A stretch of 32,531 nt of DNA, from IMG/VR virus record IMGVR_UViG_2909246061_000005. One strand, 5' to 3'. Source of the stretch: a virus. Lineage: Duplodnaviria > Heunggongvirae > Uroviricota > Caudoviricetes. The translations under genes were made by a program, and so were the position numbers. Below, one piece after another: positions 1 to 9,839 of this stretch. The number at the start of each line of letters is the position of its first letter. Within the stretch, counting starts at the first letter, position 1. The notes beneath the pieces are model-generated. The model had not been told where the DNA came from. It did no database searches and saw only the letters and a program-made list of their open reading frames with translations.

Positions 1-234
1 ATGAAATCAAAAGACACCCTAAAGTGGTTCCCTGCGCAGCTTCCTGAAGTAAGAATTATCCTAGGGGATGCTGTAGTGGAAGTAGCAAAACAGGGAAGAC
101 CTATCAATACCAGAACATTGCTTGATTACATTGAAGGAAACATAAAGAAAAAATCATGGCTGGATAACAAAGAATTATTACAAACAGCGATATCAGTTCT
201 TAAAGACAACCAAAATTTAAATGGTAAAATGTAA
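1..234 (+). CDS. ynaE: YnaE/YdfK-family small prophage protein
   Basis: Complete 77-aa ORF (ATG at 1, stop at 232-234) immediately upstream of pin, the same position and length as ynaE in Rac; sequence identity is recalled, not searched. Confidence 0.45.
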   Translation: MKSKDTLKWFPAQLPEVRIILGDAVVEVAKQGRPINTRTLLDYIEGNIKKKSWLDNKELLQTAISVLKDNQNLNGKM

Positions 235-550
235 TATAATAAACTTACTTTTTTATCATTTTTCCACTTTAACAACATTTTGCTCCACTTTTCCACGACC
301 AAACAACTTGAAATCTGGTTAAAATAACACGCAACACTATTCTTCTTCCTTGAGTCCGCCCGGAACTCGAAAAACAAACCGAGTTAAAGCCATTTTTCAC
401 AAAATCGATTTTGGGTCTCACCAAAATTACGGGGTTGCATACGCATTCGTTTATTTTCGAACGTGTACATACAAATATGCACAAAAATAATCATAATTAT
501 TTTCTGAGATGCATTATGATATGAACACCAATTTCGTATAGAGTCTCACT

Positions 551-1141
551 ATGTCTCAAATTTTTGCTTACTGTCGGATATCAACGCTGGATCAGACCAC
601 CGAAAATCAACGCCGGGAAATCGAAAGTGCAGGTTTTAAAATCAAACCTCAGCAAATAATCGAAGAACACATTAGTGGCTCAGCAGCAACCAGTGAGCGT
701 CCTGGTTTTAACCGGTTGCTTGCTCGCCTGAAATGTGGTGATCAATTGATTGTGACAAAACTGGATCGCCTTGGTTGTAATGCAATGGATATCAGGAAAA
801 CAGTGGAACAACTGACCGAAACAGGTATCAGAGTGCATTGCTTAGCATTGGGGGGCATTGACCTGACCAGTCCAACAGGAAAAATGATGATGCAAGTAAT
901 TTCAGCAGTCGCTGAATTTGAACGAGACCTTTTACTTGAACGCACTCATTCCGGGATAGTAAGAGCCCGCGGCGCAGGGAAACGTTTTGGTCGACCACCT
1001 GTGTTAAATGAAGAACAGAAACAGGTGGTATTCGAACGAATTAAGTCAGGTGTAAGTATAAGTGCCATTGCCCGGGAATTCAAAACCTCGCGGCAAACCA
1101 TTTTAAGAGCCAAAGCAAAACTTCAGACACCTGACATATAA
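551..1141 (+). CDS. pinR: Serine recombinase / DNA invertase (Pin/Hin/Gin family)
   Basis: 196 aa; N-terminal catalytic motif YCRISTLDQ with the active-site Ser, C-terminal HTH; ATG start; adjacent to tfa/stf. Confidence 0.85.
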   Translation: MSQIFAYCRISTLDQTTENQRREIESAGFKIKPQQIIEEHISGSAATSERPGFNRLLARLKCGDQLIVTKLDRLGCNAMDIRKTVEQLTETGIRVHCLALGGIDLTSPTGKMMMQVISAVAEFERDLLLERTHSGIVRARGAGKRFGRPPVLNEEQKQVVFERIKSGVSISAIAREFKTSRQTILRAKAKLQTPDI

Positions 1142-1238
1142 AAAATAATCTCGGTGTGAGATGCTTTACGTCTTCCAAGCCCCCTTCCTTGCCGTAAATG
1201 GAAAGATACATCTAATTATAGAATTTATATGTTTTACC

Positions 1239-1814
1239 CTACGGCAGTGCTGGCCATTCAATATCCTGTGAAGTTGACGTATCAACACGGTTCAGCAATA
1301 CCCGATACTTTTTCCATGCTTCCAGCAACGAGATTTCTTCCTCCGTTGCAATTTCCAGATCTGCAGCATCCTGAAGCGGCGCAATATGCTCACTGGCTAC
1401 CTGCATTAGGTTGTTTTTTGTTTCTTCCGCCTCCCGGATCCGGAACAGTTTTTCTGCTTCCGTATCCTTCACCCAGGCTGTGCCGTTCCACTTCTGAAAC
1501 TCCCCTTCCGGCGATAACCAGGTAACATTTTCCGGTAACGGACCGAGTTCAGAAATAAATAACGCGTCGCCGGAAGCCACGTCATAAACCGTTTTACCCC
1601 GATGATCTTCAACGAGATGCCACGATGCCTCATCACTGTTGAAAACAGCCACGAAGCCTGCCGGAATATCTGGCGGTGCAATATCGGTACTGTTTGCTGG
1701 CAGACCTGTATGAGGCGGAATATATGCATCACCTTCACCAATAAATTCATTAGTTCCGGCCAGCAGATTATAAATTGTTATGGTCCGTGGTTGTTCACTC
1801 ATTCTGAATACCAT
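1239..1814 (-). CDS. tfaR: Tail fibre assembly protein (Tfa chaperone)
   Basis: 191 aa, begins [21 protein letters not shown] as in Tfa proteins; start codon overlaps the stf stop by 1 nt (TAATG). Confidence 0.85.
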   Translation of the reverse strand: MVFRMSEQPRTITIYNLLAGTNEFIGEGDAYIPPHTGLPANSTDIAPPDIPAGFVAVFNSDEASWHLVEDHRGKTVYDVASGDALFISELGPLPENVTWLSPEGEFQKWNGTAWVKDTEAEKLFRIREAEETKNNLMQVASEHIAPLQDAADLEIATEEEISLLEAWKKYRVLLNRVDTSTSQDIEWPALP

Positions 1815-4800
1815 TATGCAAGCCTCACAATATAGTTAAATGCGATGTTTTTGACGGTGTTTTCCGCGTTACCAGCAGCGTTAACGGTGATGGTGTGTCC
1901 ATGTGAGCCAATCGCAACGGAGTGCGTATGAGCACCAATACCGACAGTATGTGCATGTGCGCCTGCGCTTGCAGCAGTGCCGGACAGCGAGTGGGTATGA
2001 GCACCATCTGATGATGTCTTCCCTGCATTACGAGTCTGGCCACTACCGCTTGTTGTGCTCATAATCCCCGCGCTTAGATTTGAAATCGCGGTATAACCAT
2101 TAGGGAAAATGCTCGTGTTCGTGCCACCAAATGCACCGGAACTCTTGTGTTGGTGCGCACCGGCACTATTTGCAGTCCCGCTAATACTATGGGTATGCGC
2201 CCCGGTGTTATTCGTGGATTTGGTTCCGTAATCAAACGACGATGTGTTTTTCGTCCCCAAATCCGTACTGGATGCGCTGGCGCTGTGGGTGTGCGATTTA
2301 ATGCCGTCCTGTTCCTGAGATAATACGGCTCGACCACTGGCAGGTTTGCCCTTAATCGTCCAGCCACGCATATCAGGGATCACGCCTGACGGATAAGCGG
2401 CTGCAAGTTTTGGGTAGGCAGATTTGTCAAAAGTCTGCCCCTGCATCAGGGCATAACCAGACGGAACGGTATCTGATGGCCACGGGATTGGTGCACCGAC
2501 TGGATAAAACTCTGCAGGAGGATGAGCCGAGGTGTAAAGCTGCGCCCAACCACTTTCAAAACCATAACCGTCTCTTGAAGAACGGTAGAACAGACCACCA
2601 TTTCTGTAATGCGCCTTCATCTGCAAGGTCCGGCAACTTCCGACTCCGGTATAGAAGTTAACCAGAATATAGCTGTCGCCAGAGCGGGTGACATTGTAAG
2701 CGCCTGATTCGGCATTCCATGGAACGCCCCCATCCGCATCGGCATACGCATCCGTTGCTCTTCTGGCAAAAGCAGCCACATGCGCGGCGGTTAAAGTGAT
2801 ATCAGTAGAACCATCAAATGGAACACCGGATATTTTTCTTGCAGTCTGAAGTTTTGTAGCAGTTGCAGCATTACCAGTGGTGTTCTGATTACCCGTAGTG
2901 TTTACACCTGGAAGGTTAATATTTGCAGAACCGTCGAAAACAACTCCACCGATAGATCTTGCCGTCTGCAATTTCGTGGCTGTACTTGCATTACCATTCA
3001 ATGAACCAGTTAATCCACCTGTAACAGACAACGGACCTGAAACTGTTCCTCCGGTTGTTGGCAGTGCTCCAATATCTAACGGCGTCGGTTTCTGATGTGT
3101 GCTATACATCGTATAAACAACACCATCGGTAACGCTGGAAGGCTTACTCGCTGAATATGTTGGCGATGTATAAATAGAAACTGTCGCATTTGCAGTACAA
3201 TCCCAATGGATATTTACACGAGTCGCATAATTGCCAATCTCAACGTAAATATCATATGTATCGCCGGATGTGTTGATCCAGGCGAAATTCGTTAATCCGA
3301 CGGCTGTACGCTTCCACAAAGCCCCGGTAATTCCTTTGGGGTTTCCATTGCCTGCTCGTAGAACCAGTTCTGAAATGCCTGCCTGATGTGGGGAACCGAC
3401 GTTGTAACCAGCGCCACCAATCAATGCGATGTAAACGATGGAACTCGCTTGTGGCATGGTAACCGTAGCCAGTTTGAACCACCCAGCCCCGCCAGAGAAA
3501 GACATCGTTACTGAATTTAAAGTACCAATATCTTTCGGCGTTAATGTTATATCCGCAGTCAGTGCTTTTCCGTTAACTTTTCGGTTAGATGGCACCCTGC
3601 TATTCGCATTGTCATTGGCTGCTTTAACTGCTTTTGGCGTTGCGGCCAGCGATTCACTGGTGCTATCAACAGCACTGCTAAGTTTCACAACACCTTTAGT
3701 TGTAAGGCTTGCGTCTTCCATCGCAACTGCACCGGCAATCTCTTCAGCACGATCAGCAGCAGCTTCCGCACGGGTCGCAGCGGATTCAGCAGCAGTTTTG
3801 CTCTGAGATGCTGCCGTCGCACTGCCTGCCGCCTCTGTTGCTTTCGTGGATGCCGTCGTGGCGCTGCCCTTCGCTGCTGACGCCTGTCTGGTCGCCTCAT
3901 CTTTTGAAGCAGACGCAGATGATGCCGATGACGCTGCCGAACTGGCGGACGATGCGGCTGCCGTTTTTGAGGATTCTGCACGGGTTTCCGACGCTTTCGC
4001 ATTCGTTTCGGATGTCTTCGCTGCGGAAGCAGACCTCGCTGCTGCGCTGGCCTGTACAGCGGCTTCGCCAGCCTTCGTTGTGGCTGTTGAAGCGGACGAT
4101 GCAGCACTTTCTGCCGATTTTCCGGCGGCGGTGGCACTGGCTGAGGCCTGCCCGGCACTTGTTGACGCGGCACTGGCAGACGACGCAGCCGCTGTTTTTG
4201 AGCCTGCCGCAGCTGAGGCACTCTGTCCCGCTGCCGTTTCAGAAGCCTTGGCGTTCGTCTCGGACGTTTTTGCCGCCTTCGCAGAATTTGCTGCCGCCGT
4301 TGCCGAGGAAGCGGCACTACTGGCGCTTGATGATGCGTTCGTTTCTGATGATTTTGCCGCCTCTTTTGAAGCCGACGCATCCCGTGCTGAAGTGGCTGCT
4401 TCTGACGCTTTCGTGGTCGCGGTGGATGCAGAAGTGGCTGCTGATTGTTGTGACGCTGCCGCATTCGTTTCTGACGTTTTCGCCGCAGCGGCACTGGTAG
4501 CCGCCGCGCTTTTTGAGGACTCTGCAGCGGCAGCACTTTTTGATGCCTCAGAGGCTTTTGCTGATGCCGTTCCTGCGCTGGAAAAAGCCTCCTGAGCCGA
4601 CGTCGCGGCCTGTCCGGCTGACGTGCTGGCTGCACGTGCTGAGCCTGCAGCATCAGTCGCATGGGTTGCCGCCTCACGGGCAGATGTGCTGGCATCACTG
4701 GCTGACTTCTTCGCGGCTGCCGTGTTCTGTGCCACTGCGGACGCGTTACGCGCCACCTCTTCCACCATCAGTTCAAAACGTCGCAATGCCTCCGGACGGG

Positions 4801-5092
4801 CATCATCCTCCGTCATGGCACCGAGAAAATCATTCAGCGTACCGGGTTGAGAATCTTCATACACGGTGATGGTCCCGGCATGTGACGGCGGGAATCCCTC
4901 CACCAACAGAATAACGCTGTACTGACCGTACTCAACGTCCATGCTGTAACGCCCGGCTTCATCTGGATTTTCTGAGGCCAGCGTGTTCACCACCACCGTG
5001 GTGCTGTTACGTTTTGCTTTCAGCTGGATTGTGCAGTTCTGTACCGGTTTTCCTGTGCCGTCTTTCAGTACACCTGAAATCTTTACTGCCAT
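1814..5092 (-). CDS. stfR: Side tail fibre protein (Stf)
   Basis: Begins [20 protein letters not shown] at the ATG at 5092 (the track's GTG at 5098 adds 2 codons); SD GGGGTG upstream; long Ala/Ser/Thr-rich repeat region; His-rich HxH repeats and conserved [12 protein letters not shown]-terminus. Confidence 0.85.
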   Translation of the reverse strand: MAVKISGVLKDGTGKPVQNCTIQLKAKRNSTTVVVNTLASENPDEAGRYSMDVEYGQYSVILLVEGFPPSHAGTITVYEDSQPGTLNDFLGAMTEDDARPEALRRFELMVEEVARNASAVAQNTAAAKKSASDASTSAREAATHATDAAGSARAASTSAGQAATSAQEAFSSAGTASAKASEASKSAAAAESSKSAAATSAAAAKTSETNAAASQQSAATSASTATTKASEAATSARDASASKEAAKSSETNASSSASSAASSATAAANSAKAAKTSETNAKASETAAGQSASAAAGSKTAAASSASAASTSAGQASASATAAGKSAESAASSASTATTKAGEAAVQASAAARSASAAKTSETNAKASETRAESSKTAAASSASSAASSASSASASKDEATRQASAAKGSATTASTKATEAAGSATAASQSKTAAESAATRAEAAADRAEEIAGAVAMEDASLTTKGVVKLSSAVDSTSESLAATPKAVKAANDNANSRVPSNRKVNGKALTADITLTPKDIGTLNSVTMSFSGGAGWFKLATVTMPQASSIVYIALIGGAGYNVGSPHQAGISELVLRAGNGNPKGITGALWKRTAVGLTNFAWINTSGDTYDIYVEIGNYATRVNIHWDCTANATVSIYTSPTYSASKPSSVTDGVVYTMYSTHQKPTPLDIGALPTTGGTVSGPLSVTGGLTGSLNGNASTATKLQTARSIGGVVFDGSANINLPGVNTTGNQNTTGNAATATKLQTARKISGVPFDGSTDITLTAAHVAAFARRATDAYADADGGVPWNAESGAYNVTRSGDSYILVNFYTGVGSCRTLQMKAHYRNGGLFYRSSRDGYGFESGWAQLYTSAHPPAEFYPVGAPIPWPSDTVPSGYALMQGQTFDKSAYPKLAAAYPSGVIPDMRGWTIKGKPASGRAVLSQEQDGIKSHTHSASASSTDLGTKNTSSFDYGTKSTNNTGAHTHSISGTANSAGAHQHKSSGAFGGTNTSIFPNGYTAISNLSAGIMSTTSGSGQTRNAGKTSSDGAHTHSLSGTAASAGAHAHTVGIGAHTHSVAIGSHGHTITVNAAGNAENTVKNIAFNYIVRLA
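3697..4747 (-). repeat. In-frame low-complexity tandem repeats (Ala/Ser/Thr-rich, recurring KTSETNA and SASxA motifs) inside stf
   Basis: Protein residues about 115-465 are repetitive; the repeat creates long spurious ORFs in other frames on both strands. Confidence 0.8.
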
Positions 5093-5100
5093 ATTCACCC

Positions 5101-5130
5101 CACAAAAAAGCCCGCCTGAACCGGCGGGCT
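5101..5130 (-). terminator. Intrinsic terminator-like hairpin about 10 nt upstream of the stf RBS
   Basis: Minus strand reads AGCCCGCC-GGTTCA-GGCGGGCT followed by TTTTTT, then GTGGGGTGAAT-ATG of stf. Confidence 0.5.
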
Positions 5131-5159
5131 GTCATAACACTGTGTTAAGTGATCATGTG

Positions 5160-5336
5160 TTACTCCTGAGTTTTCCAGCCCATAGCCTTCCAGTTGTCAA
5201 CTTCATCAGGATGAACATTAGCGATAGTTGGTGCGCCGGGAAACATCTGATAATCGGTCACCATAACCACTAACTCAATTTGCGTTTTTTGTGCGGCTTC
5301 ACGCTGTGCTCTTTGCTCTTTAGTTAATCCGGCCAT
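5160..5336 (-). CDS. Small hypothetical protein (58 aa) between the capsid-like gene and stf
   Basis: ATG at 5336 preceded by GGGGGG (short 3-nt spacing); translation MAGLTKEQRAQREAAQKTQIELVVMVTDYQMFPGAPTIANVHPDEVDNWKAMGWKTQE has balanced composition; bracketed by two terminator-like hairpins; absent from the ORF track because it is under 60 aa. Confidence 0.3.
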   Translation of the reverse strand: MAGLTKEQRAQREAAQKTQIELVVMVTDYQMFPGAPTIANVHPDEVDNWKAMGWKTQE

Positions 5337-5347
5337 ATGCCCCCCAT

Positions 5348-5368
5348 TAAAAATGGGGCCGAAGCCCC
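5348..5368 (-). terminator. Intrinsic terminator-like hairpin downstream of the capsid-like gene
   Basis: Minus strand reads GGGGC-TTCG-GCCCC followed by ATTTTTA, about 10 nt after the stop at 5379. Confidence 0.45.
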
Positions 5369-5378
5369 GTTTGAATGT

Positions 5379-6518
5379 TTAACCAAGAATCAGACAACCA
5401 TGTGCCGGCTTCACTGATGAAACACCCCATGCCAGTCCAACTTCATAGCGCACCTGGCGATACTGACGATACAGTGCAATCTGGAACGTAATCCCTGAAA
5501 TCGGGTCCGTAACATTCATTACATCATCAGCATTATCGCCACCTTCCGGCATTGCCGGAGTACGGGATGCCAGCAGAAACGCGTTGCGATCAAACGCCAT
5601 ATTTGCCGTAAAGGCCCCAACAACTGTGATGGCAGTATCATCGGCCAGATCCTGACGCAGTCCGGGCGCTGCAAGAGTAATCAGATTGCTGGTCGCTGCT
5701 GCCACAACATACTTATTCGGATCACCAGCGAACGTAACAATCTGACCTGCAGAAATACTCCCCGAACCAGTATCAATGGAAATAAGAACATCGCCTTCTT
5801 TTTTCTCTCCATTCACGAGATAACCAGTTGCAGCAACCTTTGGCGCTCGTTTCACACCTGCCGAACTGTGAATATTGAATCCCTCCAGACGCCCCAACAC
5901 GCCCTCACGCAGTAGCTGTTCAGTGCCGGATTCATTCACTTTAAACAATACAGACTGTTTTCCGCGCAAATTAGCAATGGCAGTGGAGCCAAGCACCATC
6001 TGCAGATCGGTTGTCGGTGCGCCGTTATCCTCCAGAACCTGACGAGCCAGAGCAGCATCAGAAAGATCATCTTTAACACCAAACGGCGTTGTCCCTGCGG
6101 TTCCCACGGCGCGGGAAGCACCGAAATACAACGCACCAAGATCAGCCTCAACCTCGTTTGCAAGGGCGCGAAAAGCCTGCTTGAACTGATCAGCCAGAAT
6201 GGTGTTGTAAGTCCCTGAAGGGCCAAGAGCCAGTTGTTCTTCACCATTCCATTTAACCGGTGCCATTTTGGATTTAGTAATTTTTACATCAACAGTGCCA
6301 ATATTTTGATCACCGGTATTCGGAGCTGACGGCCCCGGTACGATATCTTCGGTTTTCGCCTCAGGCGCAACTGGCGCGGTTACCGTCTGATCTTTTGCTG
6401 CGGCGTCAGCTTTTGCGTTTTTTGCTACCGCAGGGATAAAACCTACCTGCTCACGGGATACAACATCCAGGGCGGTATAAATAGTCGGGATCAACCCGGT
6501 CAGGGTATTTCCAGCCAT
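5379..6518 (-). CDS. Putative major capsid (coat) protein, P22-coat-like family
   Basis: 379 aa from the ATG at 6518 (SD TAAGGAA 9 nt upstream; the track's start at 6590 lacks an RBS and would overlap the ParB-like gene). Local matches by eye to recalled P22 coat (AFRALANEVEADLG vs AARKLANNVELKVA; C-terminal ISGITFQIALY.. vs ISTLSGLCRIALWYG). Homology not verified. Confidence 0.45.
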   Translation of the reverse strand: MAGNTLTGLIPTIYTALDVVSREQVGFIPAVAKNAKADAAAKDQTVTAPVAPEAKTEDIVPGPSAPNTGDQNIGTVDVKITKSKMAPVKWNGEEQLALGPSGTYNTILADQFKQAFRALANEVEADLGALYFGASRAVGTAGTTPFGVKDDLSDAALARQVLEDNGAPTTDLQMVLGSTAIANLRGKQSVLFKVNESGTEQLLREGVLGRLEGFNIHSSAGVKRAPKVAATGYLVNGEKKEGDVLISIDTGSGSISAGQIVTFAGDPNKYVVAAATSNLITLAAPGLRQDLADDTAITVVGAFTANMAFDRNAFLLASRTPAMPEGGDNADDVMNVTDPISGITFQIALYRQYRQVRYEVGLAWGVSSVKPAHGCLILG

Positions 6519-6570
6519 AATTAAATATTCCTTAAAAATTTGCGTAATTGTGAATAGATGGAGTAATGAG

Positions 6571-6933
6571 CTATCCAGCCCTGACAGCATTGATTAGGTC
6601 CGACAGCTCCATCCGCAACAGATCTTCATCCCAGCCAGCATTCATCGGCAGGCGATTATCTGCCAGGCGGTACGCCTTTTTCTGCTCATCCGTCAGGCCA
6701 GACAGAACAATGACCGGAACAGAATCCATTTTGAGCATTTCAGCCGCCATAACACGACCGTGACCCGCAATAATTTCGCCCTTTTCGTCAATCAGCACCG
6801 GATTAGTCCAGCCGAATTGCTTAATACTTTCTACCAGTTGTGCCACCTGCTCAGGGCTGTGCGTCCTGGCGTTGTGCGCATACGGTGACAATTCTTGTAA
6901 TGGGCGATAGACTATCTTTAATTTCTCGCTCAT
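6571..6933 (-). CDS. ynaK: ParB-like nuclease domain protein (N-terminal domain only)
   Basis: 120 aa with ParB N-terminal-like motifs (GHGRVMAA, LADNRL); sits next to trkG as ynaK does in Rac; short length suggests truncation. Confidence 0.6.
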   Translation of the reverse strand: MSEKLKIVYRPLQELSPYAHNARTHSPEQVAQLVESIKQFGWTNPVLIDEKGEIIAGHGRVMAAEMLKMDSVPVIVLSGLTDEQKKAYRLADNRLPMNAGWDEDLLRMELSDLINAVRAG

Positions 6934-7070
6934 ACAGCCTTGCTTTATGAATAAAACGCACCCCAGCAGCCAGTGCTACTGGGGACGGAGGGGTTGCTGG
7001 TAAAGTTAGGTATTGGATCAATGAGTGAGTCAACATAATATTAAACTCACAATTATAAATTAGCCATATA

Positions 7071-8528
7071 TTAGGAGCGCCAAAAAAAACCTGAAAACAA
7101 TATAATAACAGGATAAATTTCAAGGCGACCAAGAATCATAGCTATGCACATTAAACATTTTGCAATGTCATTAAGCACTCCGAATGACGATGCAGTAGCC
7201 CCAAAACCTAATCCCATATTATTAATACATGCAGCCACTGTTGCAAATGATGTAAGAAAATCATATCCCATACCATTTAACACCAGTATAAAAAACACCG
7301 TGAAGAGAGTATAAAGAAAAAAGAAACTCCATACAGACCTCATTACACGATCTGTAACTATCTTCCCTCCTACATTTACACTCAACAACGCTCTGGGATG
7401 AGAAAGCTGATTTATCTCGTGTTTGCTTTGTTTGAAAAGTATAAGAAATCGAAGTGACTTAATTCCACCACAAGTTGAACCTATACATCCCCCAAAGAAA
7501 CTTGACAACAGCAAAAACACTATCGTGTGCGTGGGCCAACTTGCATAATCCTGCGTAGCTAAACCATTATCAGTGAGCATGGAGCTGGCAAGAAAAAACG
7601 AATGAATAAAACTTCCATGCAAGTCATACATACCTATATGCCAGACCTGGAAAGAGGTAACAATGATCACCCCTAAGGCTATTAACAGAAAGAAACGAAG
7701 TTCAATATCTCTGATTAAAGGTTTTATCGTTTTCCTGCTAATAACAATATACCAAAGAGTGAAGTTGAAAGCCGATAGCAGGGAAAAAGAACCAGCCACC
7801 AGCTCAACCAAATAGTTATTAAAATATCCGATACTCTCGCTATGAGTTGAGAAACCACCAAGCGAAACTGTGGAAATCCCGTGACAAATAGCATCAAACA
7901 AAGGCATTCCTGCAAGTCTATAACAGACAATACAAGCAATACCTAATAAAGAATAAGTTATCCACAGTGTCCGTGACGTATCGGCCAGGCGGGGAGTGAG
8001 TTTGTCATCCTTAAATGGCCCCGGCATTTCTGACTGATAAAGCTTTGCACCACCAATACCCAATAATGGCAATACAGCAACCGCCAGAACAATAACTCCT
8101 AAACCACCTATAAAATTTAACTGTGACCGATAGTACAAATATGCCCGAGGTAATGAACTAACATCATCAATTACAGTTGCTCCTGTTGTTGTTATTCCAG
8201 AAACCCCTTCAAACAGAGCATCAATGAACGTTAAATTAAGTTCTGAGTCAATCCATAAAGGGAATGCACTAATAACAGAAAACAAAATCCAAAACATTAC
8301 AATTATAATAAACCCATCACGGGTACGTAATTGAATGCCAGATTTCTTAGTTGTATACCACGCTCCGCCACCAATGCAAAAAAATATAACGAAAGTTATA
8401 AAGAAAACGAACAGGCTTTTTTCTTTATAAAACAATGCTACAACCATTGGTGGCAACATTGAAAGACTATAGAGCCAAACCAGGAACCCACACATATGAG
8501 TAACAACTCTTACATGAGATGTATTCAT
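7071..8528 (-). CDS. trkG: Trk-system potassium uptake protein TrkG
   Basis: 485 aa from the ATG at 8528 (MNTSHVRVVTHMCGF..); polytopic membrane protein; the track's TTG start adds 6 codons. Confidence 0.9.
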   Translation of the reverse strand: MNTSHVRVVTHMCGFLVWLYSLSMLPPMVVALFYKEKSLFVFFITFVIFFCIGGGAWYTTKKSGIQLRTRDGFIIIVMFWILFSVISAFPLWIDSELNLTFIDALFEGVSGITTTGATVIDDVSSLPRAYLYYRSQLNFIGGLGVIVLAVAVLPLLGIGGAKLYQSEMPGPFKDDKLTPRLADTSRTLWITYSLLGIACIVCYRLAGMPLFDAICHGISTVSLGGFSTHSESIGYFNNYLVELVAGSFSLLSAFNFTLWYIVISRKTIKPLIRDIELRFFLLIALGVIIVTSFQVWHIGMYDLHGSFIHSFFLASSMLTDNGLATQDYASWPTHTIVFLLLSSFFGGCIGSTCGGIKSLRFLILFKQSKHEINQLSHPRALLSVNVGGKIVTDRVMRSVWSFFFLYTLFTVFFILVLNGMGYDFLTSFATVAACINNMGLGFGATASSFGVLNDIAKCLMCIAMILGRLEIYPVIILFSGFFWRS

Positions 8529-8665
8529 ATCTAAATATTCTTTCAATTATAACCACCTTGCTGCAATATTATGATTATACTGTATAAAATTTAACTCCTC
8601 TTAGATCTTACTTCACTGTTCCTTATGAAACAATCATCAAAATGAATCATATTGTAGTTAAGATT

Positions 8666-9130
8666 TTACTTTAAACACTGCTCGGTTATGTATTGCTGAG
8701 CACCTTCAAGTTGGGCCTGCATCATTACCAGTCGTTCCCGGAGGGTGAAATAATCCCGTTCAGCGGTGTCTGCCAGTCGGGGGGAGGCTGCATTATCCAC
8801 GCCGGAGGCGGTGGTGGCTTCACGCACTGACTGACAGACTGCTTTGATGTGCAACCGACGACGACCAGCGGCAACATCATCACGCAGAACATCATTTTCA
8901 GCTTTCGCATCAGCTAACTCCTTCGTGTATTTTGCATCGAGCGCAGCAACATCACGCTGACGCATCTGCATGTCAGTAATTGCCGCGTTCGCCAGCTTCA
9001 GTTCTCTGGCATTTTTGTCGCGCTGTTCTTTGTAGGCGATGGCGTTATCACGGTAATGATTAACACCCCATGACAGGCAGACGACGATGCAGATAACCAG
9101 AGCGGAGATAATCGCGGTTACTCTGTTCAT
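8666..9130 (-). CDS. rzpR: Rz-like i-spanin
   Basis: Start [12 protein letters not shown] at the ATG at 9130, overlapping the endolysin stop (ATGA); N-terminal TM segment and coiled-coil periplasmic domain. Confidence 0.85.
   Translation of the reverse strand: MNRVTAIISALVICIVVCLSWGVNHYRDNAIAYKEQRDKNARELKLANAAITDMQMRQRDVAALDAKYTKELADAKAENDVLRDDVAAGRRRLHIKAVCQSVREATTASGVDNAASPRLADTAERDYFTLRERLVMMQAQLEGAQQYITEQCLK
8725..8910 (-). CDS. rzoR: Rz1-like o-spanin lipoprotein, embedded in Rz in the +1 frame
   Basis: 61 aa, lipobox VVVGC, proline-rich stretch ([15 protein letters not shown]); fully nested within Rz. Confidence 0.8.
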   Translation of the reverse strand: MRKLKMMFCVMMLPLVVVGCTSKQSVSQCVKPPPPPAWIMQPPPDWQTPLNGIISPSGNDW

Positions 9131-9624
9131 TGCTGACCCCACAAACAGATTTCACGCTCAATCTCACGACGAGTCATGAGACCTTTCCATTGCTTACCGC
9201 CAGCATATGTCCAGCGACGTAGCTGATCACATGCGCCTTTGATATCGCCCTGGTTTATTTTGCGAAGAAGCGTCGATGTTCTGAAATTGCCAGCACCCAC
9301 GTTGTAAACGAATGAGTAAAGAGCGCCGCGCGTTGTTTCCGGTATATCGACTTTGATGTACGGGTTAATTTGTCTGGCGACCGTGGCAAGGTCTTTATTC
9401 AAGAGTGTTTTGCATTCTGCTTTGGTATACGTTTTACCGAGCATGATGTCTTTTCCTGTATGCCCGTGACATACAGTCCATACACCAACAATATCTTTGT
9501 ATGGTATGTAGCTGACACCTTCCAGACCATCGTTACCACTTGGGCCAGTGATTAACACTGATGCTATAGCAATTGCTCCGCCACCAATAGCAGCAGCAAC
9601 GACTTTTCGTAATGATGGAGGCAT
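9127..9624 (-). CDS. SAR endolysin (phage-21 R-type lysozyme)
   Basis: 165 aa; N-terminal Gly/Ala-rich signal-anchor-release segment ([16 protein letters not shown]) followed by a lysozyme domain; recalled near-identity to R21. Confidence 0.9.
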   Translation of the reverse strand: MPPSLRKVVAAAIGGGAIAIASVLITGPSGNDGLEGVSYIPYKDIVGVWTVCHGHTGKDIMLGKTYTKAECKTLLNKDLATVARQINPYIKVDIPETTRGALYSFVYNVGAGNFRTSTLLRKINQGDIKGACDQLRRWTYAGGKQWKGLMTRREIEREICLWGQQ

Positions 9625-9839
9625 TATTCACCTCTCGCAGCCTTGCGCTTATCTTCTTTAATCTTGAAATAAAGGTTTGTCAGGTACGTCAGCAGGCCAA
9701 ATACCAGACTACCCAGCACACCGATTGCAGCCCACTGTGACGGAGTTACTCTATCGAGCAACTGTAAAAACCAGTAGCCAGCACTGCCTGCGGAGGTGCC
9801 GTAGGCAATGCCTGTTGAAATTTTGTCCATGGATTTCAT
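9624..9839 (-). CDS. Pinholin (S21-type class II holin) with dual-start motif MKSM
   Basis: 71 aa from the ATG at 9839 ([23 protein letters not shown]..); strong SD GGAGGTGA upstream; second in-frame Met at codon 4; stop overlaps the endolysin start (TAATG). The track's GTG at 9896 lacks an RBS. Confidence 0.85.
   Translation of the reverse strand: MKSMDKISTGIAYGTSAGSAGYWFLQLLDRVTPSQWAAIGVLGSLVFGLLTYLTNLYFKIKEDKRKAARGE

Noticed and set aside
126-484. Minus-strand ORFs 126..377 and 269..484 between ynaE and pinR
   Set aside because: They overlap ynaE antisense or lie in the pinR promoter region, with low-complexity translations and no RBS.
1229-1835. ORFs 1229..1525 (+), 1469..1750 (-), 1602..1835 (+) overlapping tfa
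   Set aside because: Alternate-frame or antisense ORFs within the well-supported tfa gene.
308-2087. Shared 8-mer TTGAAATC at 308-315 and 2080-2087 as candidate Pin crossover sites
   Set aside because: An 8-mer match is expected by chance in 32 kb, the flanks do not match hix/gix consensus, and the copies are in direct rather than inverted orientation.
3438-4869. Long ORFs on the + strand (3438..3806, 3709..4500, 3846..4595, 4513..4869, 4623..4850) and a 337-aa minus-strand ORF (3685..4698) inside stf
   Set aside because: All lie within the Ala/Ser/Thr repeat tract of stf; the repetitive, GC-rich, stop-poor sequence produces open frames in every register. Their translations are low-complexity (Arg/Pro/Gln or Ala/Asp runs) with no start signals.
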